Origin: a virus
Length of the DNA: 64,000 bases
Strand: one strand, 5' to 3'
IMG/VR virus record: IMGVR_UViG_3300033562_000245
Location: 54,499-118,498 of that record
In this document: positions 29,855-39,229 of the stretch, one piece after another
How the letters are laid out: each line of letters begins with the position of its first letter
How positions within the stretch are numbered: position 1 is the stretch's first letter
Program-made: the position numbers and the translations under genes
The notes under the pieces: generated by a model
What the model was told of the DNA's origin: nothing
Database searches by the model: none
Seen by the model: the letters and a program-made list of their open reading frames with translations, nothing else

Positions 29855-31012
29855 ATGGGATATAGAAAATCAGACTGTGAAAAATATTTTATATCGGATG
29901 CTCATCATTCAGGTCCGATATCTACAACAACGAATGGTTTTTATTTTGAAATGCTTGTTTATAATAATACCGGTTTTCCGATAGGTATCGTAGATAAGCA
30001 TAACGGTAAACATAAAGTAGCAAATATTAAAGGTGTGGGTCGAAATGATGTTGTAACAGTAATATATCGCCGGGCTATAAATGTAAGCCGAAAACAACAT
30101 TCACAGGATATCCCTATTCCGACCGTAACAATCGAGATTCCTTATTCGATTCTATTAAACGAACCCGTCTACGTTAAAGAGGTTGATCTTTTATTTTGTA
30201 ACGAAGGATCTCTTGACGGTTTCAATCATCCGCACAAAGCAGCAGGGCTGGATGAGATATTAGACGAATATTTTAAGAAGATCCAGAACGGTCTAAAGGT
30301 CCCTACTATAAAGGTATACGGTAACGATACAACAGGGAAAATAAAGAATGCTAGTATGTATATCTTCAATTCTTTTTGTAACGTATCGTTTACTAAATGG
30401 GAAAATAGTGAGGATTGTGTAACCATCGTATTTCCTGACCAAAAAGGTAATCATTCTCATTATAAAATACCTCTTGACACTGTTATTAAATCAGATGGGA
30501 AATTAACAGTACAAACAAAAGACGGCAATTTCGATTTATATCTTGCCCTAGAAAGAAATACCATTAAAACTTATCTAGAAAAAGAAGAACGGGAAAAGAG
30601 TTCTTTAGAAGAAATTCTTAAGGAAGAAAAGTTTAAGTTGGTAGAAGAAAATAAAAAGTATAAGAAAAAGATTGAGGATTCTGTAAGAGAAGAGTTTAGA
30701 ACAAAAACTGTTGAACTAGAAAAAGAAATTCAAGATCTTAAAGAAGCAAACGAGAAAAAGATAAAGGACTTACAAACTATTATTGAGCTTCAAAACATTA
30801 CTATAGAAGCGAAACGAATCCAAGCCAAAGAAGAGAAAGAAGAATTTGATAGAGACGAGGCCAAAAAAGATAGAAAATCTTCAGAGAAAACTAGAAAAAA
30901 GAAAGAGTATAGCTCATCTTTGGACAAATGGTTCACGATCCTAAAAATAGTAGCATCTGTTACTTTAGCCGTAATAGGATACTTCGCCGGAAAGAAAACA
31001 AAGTTTGCATGA
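29855..31012 (+). CDS. Coiled-coil protein with C-terminal membrane anchor
   Basis: E/K-rich heptads at about aa 240-350; terminal WFTILKIVASVTLAVIGYFAG. Confidence 0.7.
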   Translation: MGYRKSDCEKYFISDAHHSGPISTTTNGFYFEMLVYNNTGFPIGIVDKHNGKHKVANIKGVGRNDVVTVIYRRAINVSRKQHSQDIPIPTVTIEIPYSILLNEPVYVKEVDLLFCNEGSLDGFNHPHKAAGLDEILDEYFKKIQNGLKVPTIKVYGNDTTGKIKNASMYIFNSFCNVSFTKWENSEDCVTIVFPDQKGNHSHYKIPLDTVIKSDGKLTVQTKDGNFDLYLALERNTIKTYLEKEEREKSSLEEILKEEKFKLVEENKKYKKKIEDSVREEFRTKTVELEKEIQDLKEANEKKIKDLQTIIELQNITIEAKRIQAKEEKEEFDRDEAKKDRKSSEKTRKKKEYSSSLDKWFTILKIVASVTLAVIGYFAGKKTKFA

Positions 31013-31030
31013 TAGAACAAGGGGGATGTT

Positions 31031-31255
31031 ATGTTATTTTCCAAGGCTTATTTAAAAGAAAAAGAAGAATTAACGGAAGATATGAATAGGTGTAAATCCG
31101 GATTGGAGAGGGCGAAAATACTCAACGAAATAGATATCGCTGTGGACTATCAAAGGATGATTTGTTCTTATGAAGCAATATTAGAAAATCTTGAAAGAAT
31201 GAATAAAAACATGGTCGGTCGACTCATTTACACTTTCGTTACTCGGGGAGAATAA
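31031..31255 (+). CDS. Hypothetical protein (74 aa)
   Basis: GGGGGA RBS; fills the operon gap. Confidence 0.55.
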   Translation: MLFSKAYLKEKEELTEDMNRCKSGLERAKILNEIDIAVDYQRMICSYEAILENLERMNKNMVGRLIYTFVTRGE

Positions 31256-31256
31256 C

Positions 31257-32831
31257 ATGTCGTTAATGACGCAAATGCTAAACAGTTGTTCCGATGATTT
31301 AAAGGATCTGAACTATGATTTTCTATTAAAATATAGAAAGGAGAAGTTTGAGTACATTAAATTAAACATCGAAAATATCTTTAAAGAAGCTCTCCAGCTA
31401 CTAGAGCCTTACGGATTTAAGTATCGTCGATGCGTAGACCTAACGCCGGACGAAACTTTAGATTTTATTATCGGCAAGTTTAATAAGTACAACAAGAATA
31501 AGGACAAGTATTTTGAAGTACATGTTAATACCCTGAGGTTAGTCAAGTACGAATTTATATTTCAAAATACTGTGGTAGAAACTTACATAAGTGTGCCGTA
31601 TCTTAAGGATCATAAAATAAGTTACGGTGGCGTTAGCTACTATCCAGATCTCCCAATACTGGAAAAATGTACACATGTAAATAAAGGCGCAGGACTTGTA
31701 CTTGTAAAAGTATCTAGAGCTCCGTTGATGTTTTGGAAAACCATGGAAAGATCTTTTGTTGACATACATAAGAATATCTTCCATGAAATAATTATAACTA
31801 CCAAAATTCACACAGGTATGCCGAAAAATAAAGCTAAGCTACTTCCTTTGCTGGTTTACCATTTGGTTGAAGGATGGGAAAAAGCGACCAGTAGGTACGG
31901 ATTCAAACAAGACGAAATCGACTTCGTACTTGCCGATAAGGTATCTATGGACGATCTTTATTACTTATACTTTAGAATAAATGACAGCATATTCATGAAG
32001 ATAAGTAAAGAGTCTTTTCTTAAAGATATCAACAAGAAGAGATTTGTTTTCAGTGTTTTGGTTTTGCTTGAGAAATTTAATATTAACTACAGCATTGAAA
32101 CATTGAAAGATCCGAACGCAATAATTTGGTTTCTTATCCTTGGGAAGTATACCTACGCCAATGAGGACATGAAAGACAATAACCACGTAGTTGTAGACTC
32201 GGCTAAAGATCATGTTCTTACAAATAGAACCATGATGGACGGCGTTACTCGTAAAGCCTTTAAGAAAATAAACATAGAGTTTGGGGACTTTCCTGACTTT
32301 CTGTATAAGGTGTTTACTAACATTGACGAATGGTTTAGTTCGTACGACCCGGCCGATCTTTATGATAAACGAATAGTGTATGCGTCTATATTTTCAGTTA
32401 TAGATAGGAAAATCTATACGAAGGTGTATCAAACACTAAAGGCTATTAAAAAGAACAATGGAGCCATGGACATTAAGATGGCTGAAAAGTTTAGATACAA
32501 TGGTGTGTCTGGGGACACTTGGTATGTGGCATCGTCTATATTCCAATCGAATCCTATGAGATACAACAGTAATGACGGACTAGGAGTCTTGAATCATAGA
32601 TTTTTATCTATTAATTCAGACGAAGCTGGGGGGACGAAGAAAACTAGACATACACCTATGGACGTTCAGTTAGCCCACCCTAGTAGATTGGCCGTTGTTG
32701 CCGCAACAACAGTACCGGCATCAAGCCCCATAGTTTCAGGGTCTATAAACGCTTTTCTAAATGTAGATAGCGATGGAAATTTGATCATTCCCGACGACAT
32801 TAAAGAGTATTTGAAGAACGTTTACCAATAA
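31257..32831 (+). CDS. Non-virion RNA polymerase beta N-terminal subunit (phiKZ gp123-like)
   Basis: ISVPYL...SYYPDLPILE RpoB-like N-terminus; C-terminal HPS...PASSPIVSG resembles the RpoB H.SHYG..CP.ETP region; size about 520 aa. Confidence 0.7.
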   Translation: MSLMTQMLNSCSDDLKDLNYDFLLKYRKEKFEYIKLNIENIFKEALQLLEPYGFKYRRCVDLTPDETLDFIIGKFNKYNKNKDKYFEVHVNTLRLVKYEFIFQNTVVETYISVPYLKDHKISYGGVSYYPDLPILEKCTHVNKGAGLVLVKVSRAPLMFWKTMERSFVDIHKNIFHEIIITTKIHTGMPKNKAKLLPLLVYHLVEGWEKATSRYGFKQDEIDFVLADKVSMDDLYYLYFRINDSIFMKISKESFLKDINKKRFVFSVLVLLEKFNINYSIETLKDPNAIIWFLILGKYTYANEDMKDNNHVVVDSAKDHVLTNRTMMDGVTRKAFKKINIEFGDFPDFLYKVFTNIDEWFSSYDPADLYDKRIVYASIFSVIDRKIYTKVYQTLKAIKKNNGAMDIKMAEKFRYNGVSGDTWYVASSIFQSNPMRYNSNDGLGVLNHRFLSINSDEAGGTKKTRHTPMDVQLAHPSRLAVVAATTVPASSPIVSGSINAFLNVDSDGNLIIPDDIKEYLKNVYQ

Positions 32832-32922
32832 CTTGCTTTATAGTTTATCGGAAAAATTATAACGCGTTGAGTAACAATATAACCAGGCTTTTAACTTGTT
32901 AAAAGCTAACTAGGAGATAAAA

Positions 32923-34437
32923 ATGCATAACGTTATTAAAGCGAAAATGATGCAGGCGATGAATATCGCTTTGTTTCAATCACCTCAGTTCGGGCATTTA
33001 GATGCCAATCTAAAGTCACGAGTCTATCAAGCATTTATGGCAGATGCTGATACGCTGATTCAACAGACTATTATCCCTAAACATATACAACAAGGTTTAG
33101 ACGATAACATGATCAACAACTATGCTATCATGTATATCAATGAAGCGGTAAAGATTCTGACTCAACAGAACCAATTCAATATCGGCAATATGTATCAGCA
33201 ACAGGGTATGTTTAATTCGGCACAGCAGATCCCTGGCGGACAGTACCAGGTAGCCCAATTTCAAAACATGTTCAACTCACCGATACCGCAGTCTGTACAG
33301 TGCGCGAATCAAATGATGCCAGCGCCTCAGCAAACATTTCAAAATCCGTCAAACAAAGGAGCAGAAAAAATGGTCGTAGTAGAAGATGTCAGCTCATGGG
33401 AACTTGGTGATTCTGAATCAGTAGTAGTCGACAATCAGATTGTTAGAATTACACGAGTTCCTGCCGAAGTTAACGGAGAGAAAGTGTTTGTTGGCGACGC
33501 CATTGTAAAATGTTGTGTGTCGGGATACAACGAAGCAATTAAAATCGTTGCCCCTTATATCAAAACTAAGAAGCGTCTGTTGAATATCGATTACATTCAA
33601 TCGATCCCTGTTGCAATTGACAATACAATATTTTCTGCCTTGAGAAACGAATATAACTCAAGACTGGAAATACTGGGAGGTCTTCCGACCGTGTCGTCCA
33701 TGAAGAAGTTGTTCGATGTTCTATTCGATTTCATGGGAGGCATGTCAGCCAAACAAGCCGAAGAACTAGAACGATATTTTATGTCTATTCTTAGGCCCCT
33801 TATCAGAAGTACAATTATCCATCCTGATAAACTGCGACAATCAATTATCACCGAAAATCTCAAAGATGTATATGAACTTCTTGATGACATTGAGACTAGA
33901 GGATATTTTTCGGATTGTGATTTTTATGATAATGTATTGATCATAGTTCTTATGAAAGGACTGATCGATTCTATCGATGCCAACAATTCGTTACTAACGG
34001 TCGACCACCTTGGCTCCAGGTTGGATATGATCAGATCAATGTACCATCATAAAGTAATCAATACAAATCTAGATAGCCAGTATTTCTTTGTATCGGAAGA
34101 GGACGCGGTGAAAGATCTTACTCTCAAGAATAAGTATATTGAAGTATGGGATGCTCTCAATAAACTTGTTGTTTGTTACACAACATCGGGCGTCATTTAC
34201 TCAAATATCGTTCCGAGTGATATGCAGTATAAATGCGGCGAACCTGGGTTTGAACCGTACGCTTTCACAGAACCGAAGAATATCATAGAAGGACTAATTT
34301 CACGTACACATCCAAATACATATTATCGGAAAAATAATATCGTATTGGAATTTTCCAAATTTAAGAAGATCGATTGCGTTTACGGTAGAATTTTGGATAA
34401 ATCTGTTAGAATTGCCGCAAATGAAATCGAGTACTAG
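32923..34437 (+). CDS. Hypothetical protein with a Gln/Met-rich linker
   Basis: 504-aa ORF with AGGAG RBS. Confidence 0.75.
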   Translation: MHNVIKAKMMQAMNIALFQSPQFGHLDANLKSRVYQAFMADADTLIQQTIIPKHIQQGLDDNMINNYAIMYINEAVKILTQQNQFNIGNMYQQQGMFNSAQQIPGGQYQVAQFQNMFNSPIPQSVQCANQMMPAPQQTFQNPSNKGAEKMVVVEDVSSWELGDSESVVVDNQIVRITRVPAEVNGEKVFVGDAIVKCCVSGYNEAIKIVAPYIKTKKRLLNIDYIQSIPVAIDNTIFSALRNEYNSRLEILGGLPTVSSMKKLFDVLFDFMGGMSAKQAEELERYFMSILRPLIRSTIIHPDKLRQSIITENLKDVYELLDDIETRGYFSDCDFYDNVLIIVLMKGLIDSIDANNSLLTVDHLGSRLDMIRSMYHHKVINTNLDSQYFFVSEEDAVKDLTLKNKYIEVWDALNKLVVCYTTSGVIYSNIVPSDMQYKCGEPGFEPYAFTEPKNIIEGLISRTHPNTYYRKNNIVLEFSKFKKIDCVYGRILDKSVRIAANEIEY

Positions 34438-34464
34438 ATTTAAATAATTAATACGTATTAGTTA

Positions 34465-34490
34465 ACCCACCGGATGCGCATCCGGTGGGT
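34465..34490. terminator. Perfect 26-bp palindrome, terminator-like
   Basis: ACCCACCGGATGCGCATCCGGTGGGT. Confidence 0.75.
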
Positions 34491-34696
34491 ATTATAAATT
34501 ATTAATAAAAGGATTTTAAAATGGATATTAAAGATATTTTCAAAGGATTTTGCATTTTTATGCACAAAAAGAACATATAAAAAAATAAGTTATCTTTAAA
34601 TAGTTTAAAAGTAATAAGACCAACACACTTAATTTTGCACATTGATTAAAGTAACGATAGAAGCTCGTTATTTGAGGATCATTGTATTGATAGGTC

Positions 34697-34705
34697 TATA
34701 TTACC
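34697..34705 (+). promoter_or_regulatory. TATATTAC(C) promoter motif upstream of the ncRNA candidate
   Basis: Motif 6 nt before GGG at 34711. Confidence 0.55.
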
Positions 34706-34710
34706 TTTTT

Positions 34711-35412
34711 GGGATTTGGGGAATAATCGGATAACCCTGATATCGACATGAGTACTGCAGTACTAAGGTGTTGATAGCTCCACATAGACGGCCTCGCCAA
34801 CTACCGATTAAAAGTTAGGAGAGAGCTAAATGCCGAGGAAGTCTTCTTACGAAGGCGGGTATGTATGTGCACGTATATACTTTAATAACTGTTACTGAGC
34901 ACTCAAGTTACCCTGATGCATTAGGCAATGGACGGGTTTATAAAGTGTTCCACATTCGTAAGTTTCGTCGATGCTCCGAATGTGAACAGGGGTGTTGGTA
35001 AAAACAACATCGCCTATCGACTTCTAAAAGCTCACTGGACGGGGATGAGAATGTCGAGCGGGTTAATTGGGCTACCATTAACCTCCCCAAACAAAGCGAC
35101 GGCCGCAGGGGTGAGAACGCCAGTCGCGTTTCGACGCATAAGCTTTAGTAGCATTAAATTGTGAAAAGCCCGTTGGAATGCCCTTGTATACATCGGTATA
35201 GATAAAGAGCACGCGAGTTACTTTGTCTATTCCACACCGAAAGGTCAAAACATAGAGTTCGCGGATCTCCTGTATTCTTAGAATAGAAGCTTGAACATTT
35301 GTTCTTGCTAATTACCTCTTGTTACACGAGAGGTAGGTTCGACAAAGTCGGAAAATCGTTTTAAGGTATAGGAAAGTATGTAGCTAGCCCACGGCGTTCG
35401 CCGTGGGCTAGT
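34711..35412 (+). ncRNA. Large structured ncRNA candidate (~650-700 nt), with an RNase P-like P4 signature
   Basis: GC-richer than flanks, no credible ORF, more than 12 helices, nested long-range pairings, G-U pairs on plus strand, promoter motif upstream and hairpin terminator 35383-35412. Confidence 0.7.
35383..35412. terminator. Hairpin, terminator-like
   Basis: GCTAGCCCACGGC-GTTC-GCCGTGGGCTAGT. Confidence 0.8.
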
Positions 35413-35447
35413 CTATAATTAATTAACGTTAATCATCGGAGGTTACC

Positions 35448-36089
35448 ATGCAAAAAGAATATTGTGCTGACTTAATCCAGCTGTTAGGTACTCTCCCTAA
35501 CGATATGATTTGGATTACAGACGAACATCTTAAAACAAAGTACATAAGTCCTAATGTATTGCTTATAAGAGGCATCTCTCAAGAAGAGGCGCTGGAAGAA
35601 AGATTCGAAGATAAATTCACACCAAATTCACAAGAGATTATTTCTAAAATCATGGAAAGTGTGAAGTTCAGTTTAGAAAATAACACTCCTCACAAATTAA
35701 ATACAATAGCCAGCGAAATGTACAGAAGTGATGGAACGATAATGGGCGTCGAAATATCGTTTCAAATTAAAATGCAGGACGGAAAGGTTAAGTATATTGC
35801 TGGGGTCACGAGAGATGTTAGTGATAGAATATTGACGGATAAACTTAATGTTACTATAGAATTATCCAAAATGTTTTCTGATAAACTAAGCCAACCTATA
35901 CATGTTCTCAACGGAATTTCTACATTGATAGGAGATATGGTTCCAGCAAAATATGTGGAGTTAATGCAAAAACAACTAGATACTCTAACAGAAGTTGTTA
36001 GAGCTGTACAGCGTGTTAACTATGAAGATCCATTAACGGATCCTTTGTACTTGGCGAGGTTAAATAAGTTAAACGATATTAATTTATAA
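35448..36089 (+). CDS. PAS/PAC sensor domain with a degenerate His-kinase DHp segment
   Basis: MIWITDEHLKTKYISP...RSDGTIMGVEISF...IAGVTRDVSDR; then SDKLSQPIHVLNG; no HATPase domain; GGAGG RBS. Confidence 0.85.
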   Translation: MQKEYCADLIQLLGTLPNDMIWITDEHLKTKYISPNVLLIRGISQEEALEERFEDKFTPNSQEIISKIMESVKFSLENNTPHKLNTIASEMYRSDGTIMGVEISFQIKMQDGKVKYIAGVTRDVSDRILTDKLNVTIELSKMFSDKLSQPIHVLNGISTLIGDMVPAKYVELMQKQLDTLTEVVRAVQRVNYEDPLTDPLYLARLNKLNDINL

Positions 36090-36102
36090 AGGAGAGAAAA
36101 TT

Positions 36103-38271
36103 ATGCTTTATTTTACTGACCAACCAGAAAAACTTTTTGACACGAAAACAAACTGGGGGCGACCGATTGAAAACTTAAAGCTGACGATCGTTCGCATATC
36201 GAACCGAGATGTCAATGAGCTTCTCGAATTCAATGAAGACGGTATCGTTTATATAGAATCCGCAAAGAGATATTTAAATGCGATTCTTTCGGATATGTTT
36301 GGTTTAGGTAATGGATCCGAGGATAGGGACGATATCGATAAGGTTGAAATAAAAGAAGATACTGTTATTATCCTTGTCGATGAAGACGATGATTCCACCG
36401 ATCTAGAGTTTATTTTCTACGTAGCTAAGGTAGAAAGCGGGTATGTAAAAGACGCCGTCGATGACTTCGAAGAAGAAGAGTGTGAGGAGTCAAGAAAACC
36501 CGGAGCCACGTTCTCGAAACTTTGGAAAGAGTTTCTACACAGCACCGCAAAAGAAGCAAAAACAACTAAAGCCGATGACGTGAATGAAATCATACGAGTT
36601 CCGATCGGATTTACCAATCATTATAATGTCACTCTTGACAAAGCCAACGCTGATTGTGAGATTTATTTTACAGAAGCCGGGCATGTGTCAGTAAATCCAA
36701 AACCTGGAGATGTTATACCTTATCAGAGTAATTCGCCTTATATGCAAATACAGAATGGGTATTTAAAGGGTCCTTTAAATGCGCCTTATGGTTTCTTGCC
36801 ACAGTTACCAATGACTGGATACATCTTCTTTGATAACGACAATACGTGGAAAAGTTTCGATGAAAGAGTTACAGGTCGATCCTTGGATCACGTAACCAAA
36901 GAAACTGTACGGCTTTGGGTTAGCCTCTATGTCAGCGGTACTTGGGATAAGGTATTGCAGCGCGATGAACAAGAAACATCATGTCACACATCTCCAGATT
37001 ATTTGGCCGGCGATCGTACTATCGAGACGGCGATACTTAGCGCAAAACATGTAGGTTACGACACCGAAGATTCGTCACGTAATGCACTACATAGCCAATT
37101 AAAAACGGCAGTCATATGTGCGATAAGAGAAATAAAAAATCCGGCACCGCCTCTTCGTTTTATAACCCAGAGATTAGGGAACACTTACTCTTACCAAAAT
37201 GTATTGAAGGCTGTTTCTGATTTGTGCGTACAAGGGGATCTAGAAAGAGTTATAATAAGTCCGTATGAGGTAGGGTATAAACTCGTCAAAAACGAAGACA
37301 AGCGTAGCGGTGCAGAACAACCAATTCAAGAAATTGATCCGAGTGATATGGGTGTTATCGTGAAGATGTTTTCTTCTGATAAAAGAGAAACGTGTAGCGA
37401 TGAGGAAAAGTTACTATCTACAGCCGATTATATAACTACACCTTCTAGTGTTAAGACGGTCGGAAGTCACGTAAAACAAACAATGTTTGGCGAATGCCCG
37501 GCATCATCACCCACCTCTATTTCGTATAGGAAAAAAGTAGGCTCGGATGAAGGCCCAGAAGAACCGGTTTTTGATAAAGAACTGTTGTATGAAATGATCA
37601 TGGATATGGTAACATACTCAAGAGATCAGGTCATACTTCATTACGAAGTTCTTCACAAAACAAGGAAAAGATACAATCATCTGGTAGTGGCTGCGGCTCT
37701 TGATGGACTATGCAAAAGAGGTGAATTGGTACGTGAGCGCACATCACCTTACGAAATTAGATATAAACTCGCGAAAAAAGATAAAAAGGAGAGTGACCTA
37801 ATAAAGGAGAATATAGAAGTTAAGGGATTTATAACCAGAGTAATCCAAGCCATAAATATCCCAGTTATAAACGAACAGGAACTTTTTCTTTTTCTAGGAC
37901 AGAAGTATGACGCGGGTGTTATCAGGCAAAATCTCGGCCAGCTTTGCCAAGAAGGTATGTTGGAAAGAGTTCCTGTAGACGGCGATTGTTTTGGTTATAG
38001 GTTTAAAGAAGTTTTGGACGAAAAACAAAAAATTTCTACCGGATTGAGATCTTTGATTATGAACACAATCAAGGAGTCTCCACACCAGACAGCATCAGCG
38101 GATGACGTCATCTATAAAGCAAAAGATACATACAGCCCTTCGATTGTAACCGAAATACTTACTGATTTATTCCTAACTGGTTATTTGAACCGTAAGGAAG
38201 ATGGGCCGCAAGGAACAACGCGTTACGAATTCACAAAAAAGGGACTACAGTCCTTTGTTTTTCGAGGTTAG
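36103..38271 (+). CDS. Protein with four tandem winged-helix-like repeats
   Basis: Repeats L.DL...G.LER....Y.(Y/F) at about aa 340-395, 495-555, 575-630, 650-715. Confidence 0.7.
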   Translation: MLYFTDQPEKLFDTKTNWGRPIENLKLTIVRISNRDVNELLEFNEDGIVYIESAKRYLNAILSDMFGLGNGSEDRDDIDKVEIKEDTVIILVDEDDDSTDLEFIFYVAKVESGYVKDAVDDFEEEECEESRKPGATFSKLWKEFLHSTAKEAKTTKADDVNEIIRVPIGFTNHYNVTLDKANADCEIYFTEAGHVSVNPKPGDVIPYQSNSPYMQIQNGYLKGPLNAPYGFLPQLPMTGYIFFDNDNTWKSFDERVTGRSLDHVTKETVRLWVSLYVSGTWDKVLQRDEQETSCHTSPDYLAGDRTIETAILSAKHVGYDTEDSSRNALHSQLKTAVICAIREIKNPAPPLRFITQRLGNTYSYQNVLKAVSDLCVQGDLERVIISPYEVGYKLVKNEDKRSGAEQPIQEIDPSDMGVIVKMFSSDKRETCSDEEKLLSTADYITTPSSVKTVGSHVKQTMFGECPASSPTSISYRKKVGSDEGPEEPVFDKELLYEMIMDMVTYSRDQVILHYEVLHKTRKRYNHLVVAAALDGLCKRGELVRERTSPYEIRYKLAKKDKKESDLIKENIEVKGFITRVIQAINIPVINEQELFLFLGQKYDAGVIRQNLGQLCQEGMLERVPVDGDCFGYRFKEVLDEKQKISTGLRSLIMNTIKESPHQTASADDVIYKAKDTYSPSIVTEILTDLFLTGYLNRKEDGPQGTTRYEFTKKGLQSFVFRG

Positions 38272-38286
38272 AGAGAGTAAGTAACG

Positions 38287-38318
38287 TTAACTAGACGGGT
38301 ATGCTCCCGTCTAGTTAA
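38287..38318. terminator. Hairpin, terminator-like
   Basis: TTAACTAGACGGG-TATGCT-CCCGTCTAGTTAA. Confidence 0.75.
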
Positions 38319-38371
38319 TACAAATTCTTTACATCTATCTAAAAGGAACATAACAACAGGAGAAAAAGTAT

Positions 38372-38593
38372 ATGCTAACTAAAGAAGAACACCTAGATCG
38401 GTGTAAAAAACGAGCTTTGGAATATGTGGATAAAGGGGATCTCCAACGAGCGTTTGCTTCAATGATTTCTGATCTGAGTGCGCACCCTGAAATATCCGAC
38501 CATATAGCGATTGGATTTGGGGTGGCGATAATGCGCTCAGGAGGGTTATTCGACGCCAATTCTATGAGAAAATTCATAGAAGATTTTAGATAG
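38372..38593 (+). CDS. Small hypothetical phage protein (73 aa)
   Basis: AGGAG RBS; compact helical sequence EHLDRCKKRALEY...ASMISDL..HPE. Confidence 0.7.
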   Translation: MLTKEEHLDRCKKRALEYVDKGDLQRAFASMISDLSAHPEISDHIAIGFGVAIMRSGGLFDANSMRKFIEDFR

Positions 38594-38627
38594 TACTTAT
38601 ATATTGGGGAAAGGGTGGGGGATTAAA

Positions 38628-39227
38628 ATGGCATCTATTGTTAAAGAAGAGGATACCAGAGAAACACTTAAATATAGACTGATTAAATTAACACAACAGT
38701 CAATTCTAACCCAAAAAGAAAATGCGGAGTTAAAAGTAAAAGTAAAAGTTCTCCAAGAACTATTAGCAGCTAATGAAAAAAGAACATTTGATTTTTTAAC
38801 TAATATTTTTAAAGAACAATTAGAAAAGGGGGTGTTGGGGAGTAGTCCTTTAAATGGTACAATAGGTAAAAAGCAAATTGAATCGCAGGAACTTGAGCCG
38901 AATAACTGTAGTCCGTCAGAGGCGGGCTATGAAAAGAAATACGCTGATATAGAGAAAGAGAAAAAATTCAAAGTTGCTTATTCACTTGTGACAAATAAGA
39001 TCCTTAATTTCGAGTCGGATTCTTTTAAACACGTCGATCTGACCAAGGCCCTAAACAAGAACCATTGTAGGTCAGAACAAATATTGAAAGTACTAAAGGA
39101 TTTACACAGAAATGGATTTATTACCAGTGTAAAGATGGATAAGGTGAGTAGATCTGGAAGACCGTCGTCACCTTCTTATCGCATCACTGATAAATTCTCT
39201 AAAGAGTTTAAAAAAGAATTTTATTGA
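38628..39227 (+). CDS. Coiled-coil plus C-terminal winged-helix protein
   Basis: QILKVLKDLHRNGFITSVK...SGRPSSPSYRIT; start moved to ATG 38628 (GGGGG RBS). Confidence 0.65.
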   Translation: MASIVKEEDTRETLKYRLIKLTQQSILTQKENAELKVKVKVLQELLAANEKRTFDFLTNIFKEQLEKGVLGSSPLNGTIGKKQIESQELEPNNCSPSEAGYEKKYADIEKEKKFKVAYSLVTNKILNFESDSFKHVDLTKALNKNHCRSEQILKVLKDLHRNGFITSVKMDKVSRSGRPSSPSYRITDKFSKEFKKEFY

Positions 39228-39229
39228 AC

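Noticed and set aside
34928-35164. 78-aa ORF
   Set aside because: No good RBS, atypical composition, lies inside the structured RNA
34711-35360. tmRNA or tRNA (GGGG near the 5' end, GGTTCGAC at 35336)
   Set aside because: No T-stem, acceptor stem or CCA; too long; no tag frame ending in a stop
34711-35360. Group I or group II intron
   Set aside because: No interrupted gene (flanking genes are complete with their own RBS); no domain V or P7-like motif seen
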